A program made the translations under genes and the position numbers. DNA of 64,000 bases, taken from the IMG/VR virus record IMGVR_UViG_3300036945_000909. One strand, written 5' to 3'. Under the pieces are notes generated by a model. The model worked only from the letters and a program-made list of their open reading frames with translations, did no database searches and was not told where the DNA came from. Source of the DNA: an uncultured virus (IMG/VR IMGVR_UViG_3300036945_000909). Its lineage: Duplodnaviria; Heunggongvirae; Uroviricota; Caudoviricetes. This document shows, one piece after another, positions 29,519-40,203 of this stretch. Each line of letters starts with the position of its first letter. Position 1 is the first letter of the stretch.

Positions 29519-29567
29519 ATATTAAATTTCTATTATCTAAAAAAATATTGATAATTTAGAAAAAATA

Positions 29568-29575
29568 TATTTATA
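29568..29575 (+). promoter_or_regulatory. Putative late promoter TATTTATA
   Basis: Octamer upstream of ATG 29598. Confidence 0.65.
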
Positions 29576-29597
29576 TATAGAGTAAAAACTATATATT

Positions 29598-30794
29598 ATG
29601 ACAAAAGTAGTCGGAGAATCATTACAAACATTAAAGGAAAATTTAGTTGATTATTTCGAAAATAAACAAGAAATTGATACAGATGATATTGCCCGAATTT
29701 TAAATGAATTTACTGATATTGAAGACCGTTTATATACTGAAAATGGATTAAGAAAACATCAACAACGAGTATTAATAACTACTGGTGCTGGAAATACAAT
29801 TGTAGGTGGTGCTGATATATGGGTTAATTACTTTTTAGAACACGTATGGCCGAATCTACCAATGAAAAAGACTTGGAAATTACTAATTGATTCCAAACGT
29901 CCATTAAATTTCAATGAAAAATCACTACCAAGAGGTTTAGTTTTCCATTTTCACGGAGATGATCCTGATAAAACAGAACAATGGTTGGAAACTGCGATGG
30001 AAGTTCATGTTTTACACCCACATTATCATAAGAGAGAACATATTTGGAAATGGGAAGATAAATTTAATTCAGTATTTGTGCATGCATATGCTAAAGATTT
30101 AGTTGATGTATTAAATAAAATACCAGAACTAAGCTTATTACAAACTCAAACTAAAATAGATGCTGAATTTTACGATGATTACATTGCAACATTCAAAAAA
30201 AGGATATGGATTGGAAATAATACTACTTCAATGATTGAAAAATTTCCAAACTATACTTATAATATTCCAAACTTTTATGAGTTCAAACATAATGTAAATT
30301 TAACTACTCATATAGATAATGGTAAAGTTGGATTTGCATCGAGAGCCGAGACTAGAAAATGTTTACATTGGTTAAACGATCATGAAGGATTTGCTTTAAC
30401 ATCTCAACATGATGTTAAAAATTTAAGGGATACTACCACTTACACTTTCAAAAATATAGATTTTTACCAATGGGACCCTGAAATTCATCATCAATTTATG
30501 TTGAAAAATTGGGGTATATTTCACGGAGCATATTTTCAAGAACCATTTGGATATTCTATATTCCAAGCGGTTGATTATGGAAAATTACCAATAATTAACA
30601 AAGATTGGGCACCCGAATTAGATTACAAATATAGGGTAGCTACAAAAAATGAATTTGACAAATGTATTAAGACTATTTTGAAAGATTCATACGAAACAAG
30701 ATTAAATGAATTCAATAAAATAAAAACTTATATGAAAAAATTCGATAATCGTAATGAGTGGGCAGATAAGATTCGTAGTATTTTATTAAACTAA
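29598..30794 (+). CDS. GT-B glycosyltransferase (GT4-like)
   Basis: N-terminal VGGADIW and C-terminal EPFGYSIFQAVDYGKLPI, a variant of the GT4 E-x-FG...EA motif. Confidence 0.7.
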   Translation: MTKVVGESLQTLKENLVDYFENKQEIDTDDIARILNEFTDIEDRLYTENGLRKHQQRVLITTGAGNTIVGGADIWVNYFLEHVWPNLPMKKTWKLLIDSKRPLNFNEKSLPRGLVFHFHGDDPDKTEQWLETAMEVHVLHPHYHKREHIWKWEDKFNSVFVHAYAKDLVDVLNKIPELSLLQTQTKIDAEFYDDYIATFKKRIWIGNNTTSMIEKFPNYTYNIPNFYEFKHNVNLTTHIDNGKVGFASRAETRKCLHWLNDHEGFALTSQHDVKNLRDTTTYTFKNIDFYQWDPEIHHQFMLKNWGIFHGAYFQEPFGYSIFQAVDYGKLPIINKDWAPELDYKYRVATKNEFDKCIKTILKDSYETRLNEFNKIKTYMKKFDNRNEWADKIRSILLN

Positions 30795-30957
30795 CTCAAT
30801 ATATTTATATATATTTATATACGTTTGAAACAAACTTGCATACTTATAATAAAGGGGGTAGGGGGTTAGCTACTAAGCTTAATAACTACTACACTTTTAC
30901 TTATACTATTTTAATAATACTTATTTAACTATAAGCTAGTAATACTAACCTCGATTA

Positions 30958-31728
30958 ATGGAGCCACTCTACAAACTGGATTATCTTCGAAATAATCTTA
31001 CGAACAATTTAGAATTTAACGAATCTCACGAAGAAGAATATTCACCTGTCCCGTATCGTTGGTCTCATGGGGCAACTGATTTACACTTAGGGGATGGGTT
31101 GATTGTTTATTCACTAATTCAGTATATGCGAGCTAAAAATTGCGTATGTTTAGGCAGTGGTGGTGGATTCATCCCTCGTTTAATGACTCAAGCTAGAGTT
31201 GATTTATATGAAGCCAAAATCTTTGAAGGTAATGGTGATTACAATTGGGGTGATATTGGTGCAACATTTGTAGTTGATGCGATGAATGGTGTTGGTGGAA
31301 ATGTAAATTGGGCAAGAGAAGAATCATTTTTTAGAAGAACGTTTCATCCACGTATTATTACCAAAACTACTGAAGAAGCATTTCACAATTTTTTCGTATT
31401 AAACGATATTCAGATTGATTACTTACACATCGATGCTGGACATTCATATGAGGATGTGAAAAATGATTTCGAAATGTATTCACAACTTCTTTCACCAAAT
31501 GGTATTATTTCAATACACGATACAGACCCAAATTATGGTGATAAATACATTATAACAAATGAAGTAAAGGATAGGGGTGATTTTGATGATTGGCATGGAC
31601 CAATTAAATTCGCACAAGAACTTAAAGATAATTCAGATTGGGAAACATTTGATTTATTTAATTTTGGAATACAAAAAAATAAACCAGCATCAACTGGTCT
31701 AACACTTGTTAGAAGATGTCAAAAATAA
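30958..31728 (+). CDS. Class I SAM-dependent methyltransferase (Methyltransf_24-like)
   Basis: CLGSGGG motif I; IDYLHIDAGHSYEDVKNDF..Y..LL.PNGII.IHDT. Confidence 0.85.
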   Translation: MEPLYKLDYLRNNLTNNLEFNESHEEEYSPVPYRWSHGATDLHLGDGLIVYSLIQYMRAKNCVCLGSGGGFIPRLMTQARVDLYEAKIFEGNGDYNWGDIGATFVVDAMNGVGGNVNWAREESFFRRTFHPRIITKTTEEAFHNFFVLNDIQIDYLHIDAGHSYEDVKNDFEMYSQLLSPNGIISIHDTDPNYGDKYIITNEVKDRGDFDDWHGPIKFAQELKDNSDWETFDLFNFGIQKNKPASTGLTLVRRCQK

Positions 31729-32567
31729 ATTTAGTTACGGTTGTAGGACATAATATTACTATGTTGCCTCATATGTTGAATCACTATAAAGATATAGTTG
31801 ATGAGGTATATGTTGTAGTTTATAGACAATCTGAAAACGATGGTATATTAAAACAAATTACTGATTTAGGTATTACACCTTATATGGTTGTCACCGAACC
31901 TAAATTTAATTGGGAACGTGTTACTGATTTATATAATTTAGTAAAATCAACAAAACCAAATGAATGGTGGATAGTTTCAGATGATGATGAACTTCAAGTT
32001 TACCCAAAACCACTAAAAGAAATGATTTCCGAATGTGAAGAAAACGAATGGGAATTTATTACAGGTGGGTTTTTAGATAGAATCGGTGAAGGTGGTGAAT
32101 TTCCAAACGTAACCCCAACCTCTAACGTTTGGAAATTATTCGGTAATGCTGGATTTTTCAGGTATCCATTGAGTGGTGCATGCCCTAACAAAGTATGTGT
32201 AATGAAAGGTTCGGTTAATGTAACACCTGGTCAACATTATGTAGATTTTGGTGATGGAACTAATAGTTGGGGTAAATACAATATTAAACATAAAAAACGC
32301 TACCCCGTTGGTAGAGGTGAGGGGTTAATACAAGTTCATCATTTTAAATGGGATTCAACTGTTTTAGAACGTTTGAAGGAAGTAGCCGAAACAAAGGAGG
32401 ATTATACCTTTTGGCAAGAATATCTAAAAATGTATAAAGCAATCGAAATTAATGATTGGAAAATTGATATGAATAATTCCGAATTTAAAATGGAGTGGAT
32501 GGTTCATAATTCACATTGGGATTATTCTAAATGGGATAGATTATCAAGAATAATTGTTCAAATTTAA
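31716..32567 (+). CDS. GT-A glycosyltransferase (GT2-related)
   Basis: MLPHMLNHY, EWWIVSDDDEL, G.FLDR, PGQH and VHHFKW motifs. Confidence 0.75.
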   Translation: MSKINLVTVVGHNITMLPHMLNHYKDIVDEVYVVVYRQSENDGILKQITDLGITPYMVVTEPKFNWERVTDLYNLVKSTKPNEWWIVSDDDELQVYPKPLKEMISECEENEWEFITGGFLDRIGEGGEFPNVTPTSNVWKLFGNAGFFRYPLSGACPNKVCVMKGSVNVTPGQHYVDFGDGTNSWGKYNIKHKKRYPVGRGEGLIQVHHFKWDSTVLERLKEVAETKEDYTFWQEYLKMYKAIEINDWKIDMNNSEFKMEWMVHNSHWDYSKWDRLSRIIVQI

Positions 32568-32576
32568 AAAAAAATA

Positions 32577-32584
32577 TATTTATA
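32577..32584 (+). promoter_or_regulatory. Putative late promoter TATTTATA
   Basis: Heads the long run of overlapping genes 32610-47348. Confidence 0.65.
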
Positions 32585-32609
32585 TATACAATTAATAAAC
32601 AAAAAAGTT

Positions 32610-32807
32610 ATGGCAAAATTAGATGAAAGTCAACAAATTTTAGAAGAGAGAAAAATTAAAGCATTAGAAAAAATTGCTAACTCTCTTGATGCATTGACAA
32701 TTTGGTTTGAGGAAATTGATAAGGATGAGTGGAGTAATCGTATTCAGTATTACTTATCAGAATGGCACAATACTACCAAACCAAAAGACCCAACTATAAA
32801 TGGCTAA
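32610..32807 (+). CDS. Small hypothetical protein
   Basis: 65-aa ORF after the promoter octamer, overlapping the next start. Confidence 0.7.
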   Translation: MAKLDESQQILEERKIKALEKIANSLDALTIWFEEIDKDEWSNRIQYYLSEWHNTTKPKDPTING

Positions 32808-34200
32808 ATTAGGAATAATTGTTCCTTACCGAAATAGACATGAACATTTAGCAGTATTTAATCGAACTATTTCAAAATATCTAAATAATACAGATATTGA
32901 TTATAAAATAATAATAGTTCAACAAGATGATGCTAAATTATTTAATCGTGGAATGTTACTTAATATCGGTTTTACTTTTGCAAAAAAGTATCATTGTGAT
33001 TATGTAGTATTCCACGATGTAGATATGATTCCATTAGATGTAGATTATACTTACTCACTTAATCCAATACATCTTGCTACTGATTTTGAAGTAGAAACCA
33101 CCGAAAAAATGAGAGAATCATTTGATACTTATTTTGGTGGAGTAACGATGTTTTCAGTTGAAGACTTTGAAAAGATAGATGGATACTCAAACAAATATTG
33201 GGGATGGGGATTTGAAGATGATGATTTATTTTTGAGATGTAAAAATCAAAATATAGGAATTCAAACCACAAAACTTAAAAATATTGTAAATAATAAAAGT
33301 GTATTAAAATTTAATGGAGTTGATGCATATGTTAAATCAAAAAATCCAATTAATTTTTCTGAAGATTTTTCAATAACAATTTGTTTCGAACCAAATGATA
33401 TAAAGTTAGATCACACCAAACAATCAGATGAATTTACTATATTTAGTATTCCTGGTTATGATTTTGCAATATCATACACTTCTTTTAATAGATATAATTT
33501 TTGTGTATTTGATTCAACTAGAAAAGCGATATATCTAAATAGTGAAATACTACCAACGTATAGAACTAATATTACTCTAACTTACGATTCTGCATCAACT
33601 ACAATTAAAATGTATCAAGATGCTAAATTTATTGGAGAAACTACTGAAATTAGAAGATTCTATCCAACTTATAGGAAAGAAGAATTTATGTATTTGGGAG
33701 TTGGTAATCCTAGTAGAGAAATAATTCCAAATTGGTTTAAAGGATATTTTGAATACTTTGCATATTACGATAGAATTTTAACAGATACGGAAATACAATC
33801 GATAGTTGAAAGTAAAACAAATATACCAACTGATAATTTACAATTACATTATGATTCTGAATTTATTGATAATTACCATTTAACTGATTTATCAAATAAT
33901 GATAATAATGGTAAAATTATTAAATGTGAAATTGTAAAAAGGGAAATCAACCCATCCACAATCATTCAGATTCCATATAGACGAAAATCATTATTTAAAT
34001 CATTGAAACATGAAGAAAATGGATTTGTTGGAAATGGTTGGAAAAACGAAGCTACACGTTGGAATCAACTTAGATTTACAAACGAAGTAACTGAAAATTT
34101 AGAATTATTAAAAAACGATGGATTATCGACACTTCAGTTTGTAGTTCATGGAATTGAAAAAATAGATAAACACATAGAAATTGTAAACGTAGGTATATAA
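32800..34200 (+). CDS. GT7 (beta-1,4-galactosyltransferase-like) with inserted LamG/ConA domain
   Basis: IIVPYRNR, FNRG, FHDVD, YFGGV, WGWGFEDDD; then LKFNG...WFKG..EYFAYYDRIL; then KH...DGL. Confidence 0.85.
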   Translation: MAKLGIIVPYRNRHEHLAVFNRTISKYLNNTDIDYKIIIVQQDDAKLFNRGMLLNIGFTFAKKYHCDYVVFHDVDMIPLDVDYTYSLNPIHLATDFEVETTEKMRESFDTYFGGVTMFSVEDFEKIDGYSNKYWGWGFEDDDLFLRCKNQNIGIQTTKLKNIVNNKSVLKFNGVDAYVKSKNPINFSEDFSITICFEPNDIKLDHTKQSDEFTIFSIPGYDFAISYTSFNRYNFCVFDSTRKAIYLNSEILPTYRTNITLTYDSASTTIKMYQDAKFIGETTEIRRFYPTYRKEEFMYLGVGNPSREIIPNWFKGYFEYFAYYDRILTDTEIQSIVESKTNIPTDNLQLHYDSEFIDNYHLTDLSNNDNNGKIIKCEIVKREINPSTIIQIPYRRKSLFKSLKHEENGFVGNGWKNEATRWNQLRFTNEVTENLELLKNDGLSTLQFVVHGIEKIDKHIEIVNVGI

Positions 34201-35666
34201 TGAAATTAGGAGTTTGTGTCCCATATAGAAATAGAGAATCTCATTTAAAAGAATTCATTCCAATCGTTGGAAAATACTTAGAAGAACAAGGTATTGAATA
34301 TTGTATGTATTTTGGTCATCAAACCGATGATAAATTATTCAATAGAGGTGCAATGAAAAATATCGCAGCTGAACAAGCATTCAAAGATGGATGTGATTAC
34401 ATAGTTTGGCATGATATAGATATGATACCCGAAGAAGGATGTGATTACTCATTTCCAAAAGAACATCCCATACACATCGCTACAAACATCTCTCAAATGG
34501 ATTATAAGTTGAAATACGAAGAGTATTTTGGTGGTGCGGTATTATTCTCCAAAGAACAAGTTGAGAAGACTAATGGGTATTCTAATGATTATTGGGATTG
34601 GGGTATGGAGGATGATGATTTGTTTTGGCGATGTCAATTAGAAGGTTATGCTAATAATTCTTATATGGAATTTCCCCAAACACCTCAAACATTTTTACAT
34701 TTTAATGGAAAATCATCACATATAAAAATTGATAAACATTCAGATTTAAGAAACGTCACATCGCGTTCTCATACAATTTCAGTTTTAGTTCGAGCAAATC
34801 AACAAGAAGAAAAAGTTCCAATTTGGTTAGTAGGTGATACTGAAAGAAGATTTTGTGAATATCCAATCATTAGAAGACCAGGTTATGATTATGGTATTTC
34901 ATATAATAATAGTAGAGCATATACTGCACAACTTTGGGATAATGAACAAACTCATTTATATCAATGGATGAAACGTTATGAAAATCAATGGAGTTGGGTG
35001 ACACTTTCCGTTGATACTATATCTCAAAATATACATTTTTATTTAAATGGTAAAGAATCCGATGCAAGACATGGAACTGGTACCCAATCACCACTACATT
35101 ACCAAAATCGTTTGAAGAGTTATGGTTTAGAAGATTGGTTTATCGGAACAACTACATCGGTTGGTAAGAATGAAGTCAATCGTTGGTTTAAAGGTGATAT
35201 AGCAGATGTTAAAATTTGGAATAGAGCATTATCACCAACTGAAATTGAAAAAATACATACAGATTCCCCAACAGATGGATTGAAACTACATTATAATTTT
35301 AATCATTCAAACCAAAAAAACTCACCAAATGTTGCAATTGATTTGAGTGGAAATGGAACAAATGGTTCAATCAATCGCTGTGAGGAAAGAACGGAAGAAA
35401 TAAAAATTCCATATACAACAATTCCACATAGAATACCTGGTAGATTAAGGTGTTTACCCCACATTGATGAGGGATTAATTAACGTAGGTGGAGTTGATAA
35501 ATGGGCAAAGGGTGAAACTACCGCTAGAAATGAAAGAAGATATGTTTTACAAATGCAACAAGGTGAATGGGATTACAAATCCGATGGAATTGCTCAACTA
35601 AACTATGAATTAGTTAGTATTGAAGAACTAACCCCTTCAGCAAAAATGATAAATGTAAAATTGTAA
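34200..35666 (+). CDS. GT7 with inserted LamG/ConA domain, paralog 2
   Basis: CVPYRNR, FNRG, WHDID, YFGGA, WDWGMEDDD; LamG FKGDIADVKIWNRALS and DLSGNG; C-terminal PH...DGI..L.Y. Confidence 0.85.
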   Translation: MKLGVCVPYRNRESHLKEFIPIVGKYLEEQGIEYCMYFGHQTDDKLFNRGAMKNIAAEQAFKDGCDYIVWHDIDMIPEEGCDYSFPKEHPIHIATNISQMDYKLKYEEYFGGAVLFSKEQVEKTNGYSNDYWDWGMEDDDLFWRCQLEGYANNSYMEFPQTPQTFLHFNGKSSHIKIDKHSDLRNVTSRSHTISVLVRANQQEEKVPIWLVGDTERRFCEYPIIRRPGYDYGISYNNSRAYTAQLWDNEQTHLYQWMKRYENQWSWVTLSVDTISQNIHFYLNGKESDARHGTGTQSPLHYQNRLKSYGLEDWFIGTTTSVGKNEVNRWFKGDIADVKIWNRALSPTEIEKIHTDSPTDGLKLHYNFNHSNQKNSPNVAIDLSGNGTNGSINRCEERTEEIKIPYTTIPHRIPGRLRCLPHIDEGLINVGGVDKWAKGETTARNERRYVLQMQQGEWDYKSDGIAQLNYELVSIEELTPSAKMINVKL

Positions 35667-35679
35667 TATATATTAATAT

Positions 35680-37131
35680 ATGGAAGATAAACAAAAACAA
35701 CAAGAGAATACTGACAAATTAAAAAAACAATTTGGTGGAGAAAATCCGTTCTATGTTGAAGTAAAAGAAAAATTAGATGTTATTGGTAAAGGTATGTGTC
35801 TTGCAAAATGGACACAAGTAACGATGCACCTACAATTGGGTCATACACATTCATGTCATCACCCACGTACTCATGCGATTTCTAAAAGTGAAATTGCTAG
35901 AAATCCATCTGCACTTCACAATACTACTTACAAAAAAAGAAGAAGAAAAGAAATGTTAGAAGGTGAAAGACCATCAGAATGTGATTACTGCTGGAATGTA
36001 GAAGATAATTCAGAAAGATTTTCAGATAGAACATTTAAATCATCTGAAAGTTGGTCATTACCCCATTACAATGAAATTAAAAAATTAGATTGGAGAGCAG
36101 ATTACAACCCAAAATACGTTGAAGTTGCTTTTTCAAACGCATGTAATTTTAAATGCTCATATTGCTCTCCGGCGTTTTCAACCAAATGGATGGAAGAAAT
36201 TGAAAAGCATGGTGCATATCCAACAACTGATAAGTTTAATAATTTGGAATATGCAATTGCAGAAAATAAAATGCCATTTAAACAAACGGAACAAAATCCA
36301 TATGTAGATGCGTTTTGGAAATGGTGGCCTGATTTATATAAAGACCTGCATACGTTTAGAATTACGGGTGGAGAACCATTAATGTCAAAAGATACATGGG
36401 ATGTATTGGATTACATCATCGAAAATCCAAATCCAAATAGAAAATTAAATCTTGCTATAAATTCAAACTTAGGTGTACCTGATAAGTTGATAGATAGATT
36501 TATTGAAAAAGTTTCAAAAATTTGTGATGAGAATAGAGTAAATGAATTTATTATTTTCACATCAGTAGATACATGGGGAGAACAGGCCGAATACATTCGT
36601 ACTGGATTAGAGTTTAATCGTTTTTGGGATAATGTAAACAAAATATTGAGTAAATGTCCAAGAGTTAATTTAACTTTTATGGTCACATATAATGCATTAT
36701 CAGTTCCAAATTACGATAAATTAATTAATGGAGTTTATGGATTGAAAAAGGAGTATGGTTCTACGGATAGATATTGGAATTCTGCTGTATTCTTGGATAC
36801 ATCATATTTACGCTATCCATTACATCAAACTGTGCAAGTATTACCATATCAATGGAGTGAAACTATTTTTAAACAAGCCCAACTTACGGATTTTTTAGGA
36901 GTGCCTCTTTTTGAAAATATATTTATTGGATATTCCGATATTGAAATACAAAAAATTAAAAGAACATATGATTGGATGATTTCACCACAAGATTCATCTA
37001 CTCAAATGCATAATAGATACAATTTTGGTAAGTATTTCACAGAACACGACAAACGTAGAGGAACTAATTTTAATAAAACATTCCCAGAATTAGCTGAATT
37101 TTTTGAATTCACAAAAACAATACAACTATGA
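35680..37131 (+). CDS. Radical SAM protein with N-terminal twitch/SPASM-like Cys cluster
   Basis: CNFKCSYC (CxxxCxxC), ITGGEPL; N-terminal CLAKW...SCHH...CDYCW. Confidence 0.9.
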   Translation: MEDKQKQQENTDKLKKQFGGENPFYVEVKEKLDVIGKGMCLAKWTQVTMHLQLGHTHSCHHPRTHAISKSEIARNPSALHNTTYKKRRRKEMLEGERPSECDYCWNVEDNSERFSDRTFKSSESWSLPHYNEIKKLDWRADYNPKYVEVAFSNACNFKCSYCSPAFSTKWMEEIEKHGAYPTTDKFNNLEYAIAENKMPFKQTEQNPYVDAFWKWWPDLYKDLHTFRITGGEPLMSKDTWDVLDYIIENPNPNRKLNLAINSNLGVPDKLIDRFIEKVSKICDENRVNEFIIFTSVDTWGEQAEYIRTGLEFNRFWDNVNKILSKCPRVNLTFMVTYNALSVPNYDKLINGVYGLKKEYGSTDRYWNSAVFLDTSYLRYPLHQTVQVLPYQWSETIFKQAQLTDFLGVPLFENIFIGYSDIEIQKIKRTYDWMISPQDSSTQMHNRYNFGKYFTEHDKRRGTNFNKTFPELAEFFEFTKTIQL

Positions 37132-37841
37132 GTAAAATAAATTTAGATGGCCAAACTTCGTGGTTTATTTCACCCGATAGTCAATATGGATTGAGCACAT
37201 ATCCAATAAAAAAAATAACAACTGATAATTTTTCTTTCTTAACAAAAGTAAAAGTTGATTGGGATAAAATGGATGCTAATGGTGATACTAACCAATCGGG
37301 TATTGTTGTGATAAATGGAATGCATATGGGAATTACTGCATTCAAAACGGAAAAAAATGATTGTTGGATTAATGCTAAAATTTGGACACAAAACGATGAT
37401 AGTGAGAATACTGAATATGTAAATTCAATTTATATTACGGATTTACAAGAAGAACTTGAAATCGGATTTTCAGTCGATGTTCATAAAAATGAAACATTTA
37501 TTTATTGTAATGGTAAAACTAATAAAATAAAGTTAGAAGGAAATATTGTAGATTATAGTAACGCCTTATTATGGGTTGGAGCATCAATGCCTTTGGGATA
37601 TATTAATTCTAAATTTCATCACTTTTTGTTTGGTGAAATTTCATACGTTTCAATTATACCAAGAATATTTACTGCAGATGAATTTAAAGAAATATTTTTA
37701 GATTATAAAACTAATTTAATAAATAAAAGTGCTGTTGCTTCATTTAATTTTGAAGACCAAACTCCATATAAAATACTTGATATATCAGGTAATGGAAATA
37801 ATTTAATTAAATTTGACAACTCATGGATGCCAGAGATTTAA
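37128..37841 (+). CDS. Stand-alone LamG/ConA-like domain protein
   Basis: LWVGA...LFGEISYVSI, FNFE...ILDISGNGN. Confidence 0.65.
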   Translation: MSKINLDGQTSWFISPDSQYGLSTYPIKKITTDNFSFLTKVKVDWDKMDANGDTNQSGIVVINGMHMGITAFKTEKNDCWINAKIWTQNDDSENTEYVNSIYITDLQEELEIGFSVDVHKNETFIYCNGKTNKIKLEGNIVDYSNALLWVGASMPLGYINSKFHHFLFGEISYVSIIPRIFTADEFKEIFLDYKTNLINKSAVASFNFEDQTPYKILDISGNGNNLIKFDNSWMPEI

Positions 37842-39241
37842 ATAACATACCAATTACTAATTTTGTGTTTGATTTTAGAACACCCGAAGGTTATTTGCCT
37901 TTTGGATATACTAAACAAACTATTGGTATAAATGTTATAAAAAAATTAAATAAAATTCATGAATCATTTGCCGGATACTATCCACCATTAGAATCACCAA
38001 GTGATTTTAAATTAAATAGAACAGCTGGATTTCAAACTTATATAGTTGAACAAACACCAAATACAAATTATCGTTTAACTACTGAATTGAAACAAGAAAT
38101 AGATGAAACTCAATTGTATTTAGTGGTATTAGAATCTTTAAATGTAAATAATTTATATGAATATTATGGTTCTGATAAATTTGATTTGAGTGATTTTTTT
38201 TCACCTCAATTGATAAAATTAATTAAAGATAATAAAAACTTTAAAATAGTTTTTATGGATTATAGGGAAGGTGCGTATCCACATAATGAATCATTTTTAA
38301 CAAAAATTGATGATTTTTTAAATAAACATAATATAAATCATAAAAATAAAGTTATAATATCAACAAACAATAATTTTATAAATGATACTATAAATTTAAA
38401 AAAATACAAACATAGAATTTCAGTTTATTGTAATAACAATTATTTACTAACTGCTGGAAAGTATATATCGGAATTACGTGTTGCAAATAATAGTATAACT
38501 GAAAATGATTACGAATATTCAATTCAACAAGATATAAATTATGATTTTAAGGATAAATACTTTTTAATGTATAATCGAAATTCCGATAGAATACATAGGT
38601 CATATTTTTTGAATAAATTATATAAAGAAAATTTAATAGATAAGGGTTATATATCATTTTTTGAAAATCCTCATTTTGAAAACTTTGTAAACAATTCAAA
38701 TCAGTATCCACAATTGAATTTAGTATATGAAGATATATTGGATATAAAAAATAACTATAAAAATTATTATCCATTAATTATAGATAATAATGATGGTGAA
38801 AAGGTTGCCGATTTTCATAATTTTTTAAGTAGAAAAGATGAATATGAAAATAGTTATTTTACAATAGTTTCGGAAACAAACGCCGAATCAAAATATTGTT
38901 TCATAACCGAAAAAACTACAAAACCAATAATGAATTTACATCCATTTATTATAATGGGGAATTCAAAAATATTATCTGTTTTAAAATCATATGGATTTAA
39001 AACATTTAGTAAATGGTGGGATGAATCATATGATGATGAGGTAGATTTTAAAACTCGTACTCAAATCATTTTAAATATTGTAAAAGATTTGTGTAGTAAA
39101 TCAAAAGAAGAAATGACTTTAATGATTAAAGAGATGGAAAGTGTTTTGATTCATAATAAAAAAGTATTACATAAATTATATACAACAAAACAATATCAAA
39201 AAGAATTTTTTAACAACGTAATAGATAAGGGTCTTATATGA
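37823..39241 (+). CDS. GT10-like putative glycosyltransferase, paralog 2
   Basis: FLMYNR...HR; SYFTIVSETN...FITEKTTKPIMNLHPFIIMG...GFKTFSKWWDESYD. Confidence 0.6.
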   Translation: MDARDLNNIPITNFVFDFRTPEGYLPFGYTKQTIGINVIKKLNKIHESFAGYYPPLESPSDFKLNRTAGFQTYIVEQTPNTNYRLTTELKQEIDETQLYLVVLESLNVNNLYEYYGSDKFDLSDFFSPQLIKLIKDNKNFKIVFMDYREGAYPHNESFLTKIDDFLNKHNINHKNKVIISTNNNFINDTINLKKYKHRISVYCNNNYLLTAGKYISELRVANNSITENDYEYSIQQDINYDFKDKYFLMYNRNSDRIHRSYFLNKLYKENLIDKGYISFFENPHFENFVNNSNQYPQLNLVYEDILDIKNNYKNYYPLIIDNNDGEKVADFHNFLSRKDEYENSYFTIVSETNAESKYCFITEKTTKPIMNLHPFIIMGNSKILSVLKSYGFKTFSKWWDESYDDEVDFKTRTQIILNIVKDLCSKSKEEMTLMIKEMESVLIHNKKVLHKLYTTKQYQKEFFNNVIDKGLI

Positions 39242-40203
39242 AAGTATTAATCACAGGTGGTGCAGGTTATTTGGGTTCAGTTTTAACTGAGCGATTATTG
39301 AATAGTGGATATAGCGTAACTATATTAGATAATTTGATGTATAATCAAACATCTTTAATTCACTACTCACATAATAAAAATTTTGATTTTATTTATGGAG
39401 ATGTCAGAAATCATAAATTGTTAGAAGAATTAGTTCCATCATTCGATGTAGTAATTCCTCTGGCAGCAATCGTAGGATTCCCCGCTTGCGATAGAGATAA
39501 AGATTTGGCAACTGCAGTAAACTATGATCATGTTAGAAAAATATGTGAAATAGTTAAAGATACGAAAATAAGGGTGGTATATCCAAATACAAATAGTGGA
39601 TATGGAATAGGAGAAAACGGAGAGTGCACTGAAGAAAGTCCACTTAACCCAATTTCACATTATGGTGTGACAAAAGTAAAAGCAGAAAGAGAGGTTTTAA
39701 ATATCGGTGGAGTTTCAATTAGATTAGCAACGGTATTCGGTTCTTCACCTAGAATGAGAATGGATTTATTGGTAAACGAATTTGTTTACAAAGCATTAAC
39801 TGATAAGTATATTACCATTTTTGAGAAAAACTTTACTCGTAATTACATTCATATTAGAGATGTTGCTAAAACATTCCAATATATGATAGAAAATTATGAA
39901 AAATTTAGTGGAGATGTATTTAATGTAGGATTATCATCTGCTAATTTAACTAAACAGCAATTGGTAGAAAAAATTAAAGAATATGTTCCCAATTTCGCAA
40001 TTACATATTCAGATTTTTATGAAGATCCCGATAAAAGAGATTATGTGGTTTCAAATGCTAAAATCGAAGCAACAGGCTGGAGTCCAGATTGGAGTTTAGA
40101 TGATGGTATTGTGGAACTAATCAAAACATACACAATTTTAATACAAGATTTATCATCAAAATATAGGAATGGATTTCCATTAGGTTATGGCACAAGGACG
40201 TAG
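39238..40203 (+). CDS. NAD-dependent epimerase/dehydratase (extended SDR)
   Basis: TGGAGYLG, LAA, YGVTK catalytic motif, RNYIHIRD. Confidence 0.9.
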   Translation: MKVLITGGAGYLGSVLTERLLNSGYSVTILDNLMYNQTSLIHYSHNKNFDFIYGDVRNHKLLEELVPSFDVVIPLAAIVGFPACDRDKDLATAVNYDHVRKICEIVKDTKIRVVYPNTNSGYGIGENGECTEESPLNPISHYGVTKVKAEREVLNIGGVSIRLATVFGSSPRMRMDLLVNEFVYKALTDKYITIFEKNFTRNYIHIRDVAKTFQYMIENYEKFSGDVFNVGLSSANLTKQQLVEKIKEYVPNFAITYSDFYEDPDKRDYVVSNAKIEATGWSPDWSLDDGIVELIKTYTILIQDLSSKYRNGFPLGYGTRT

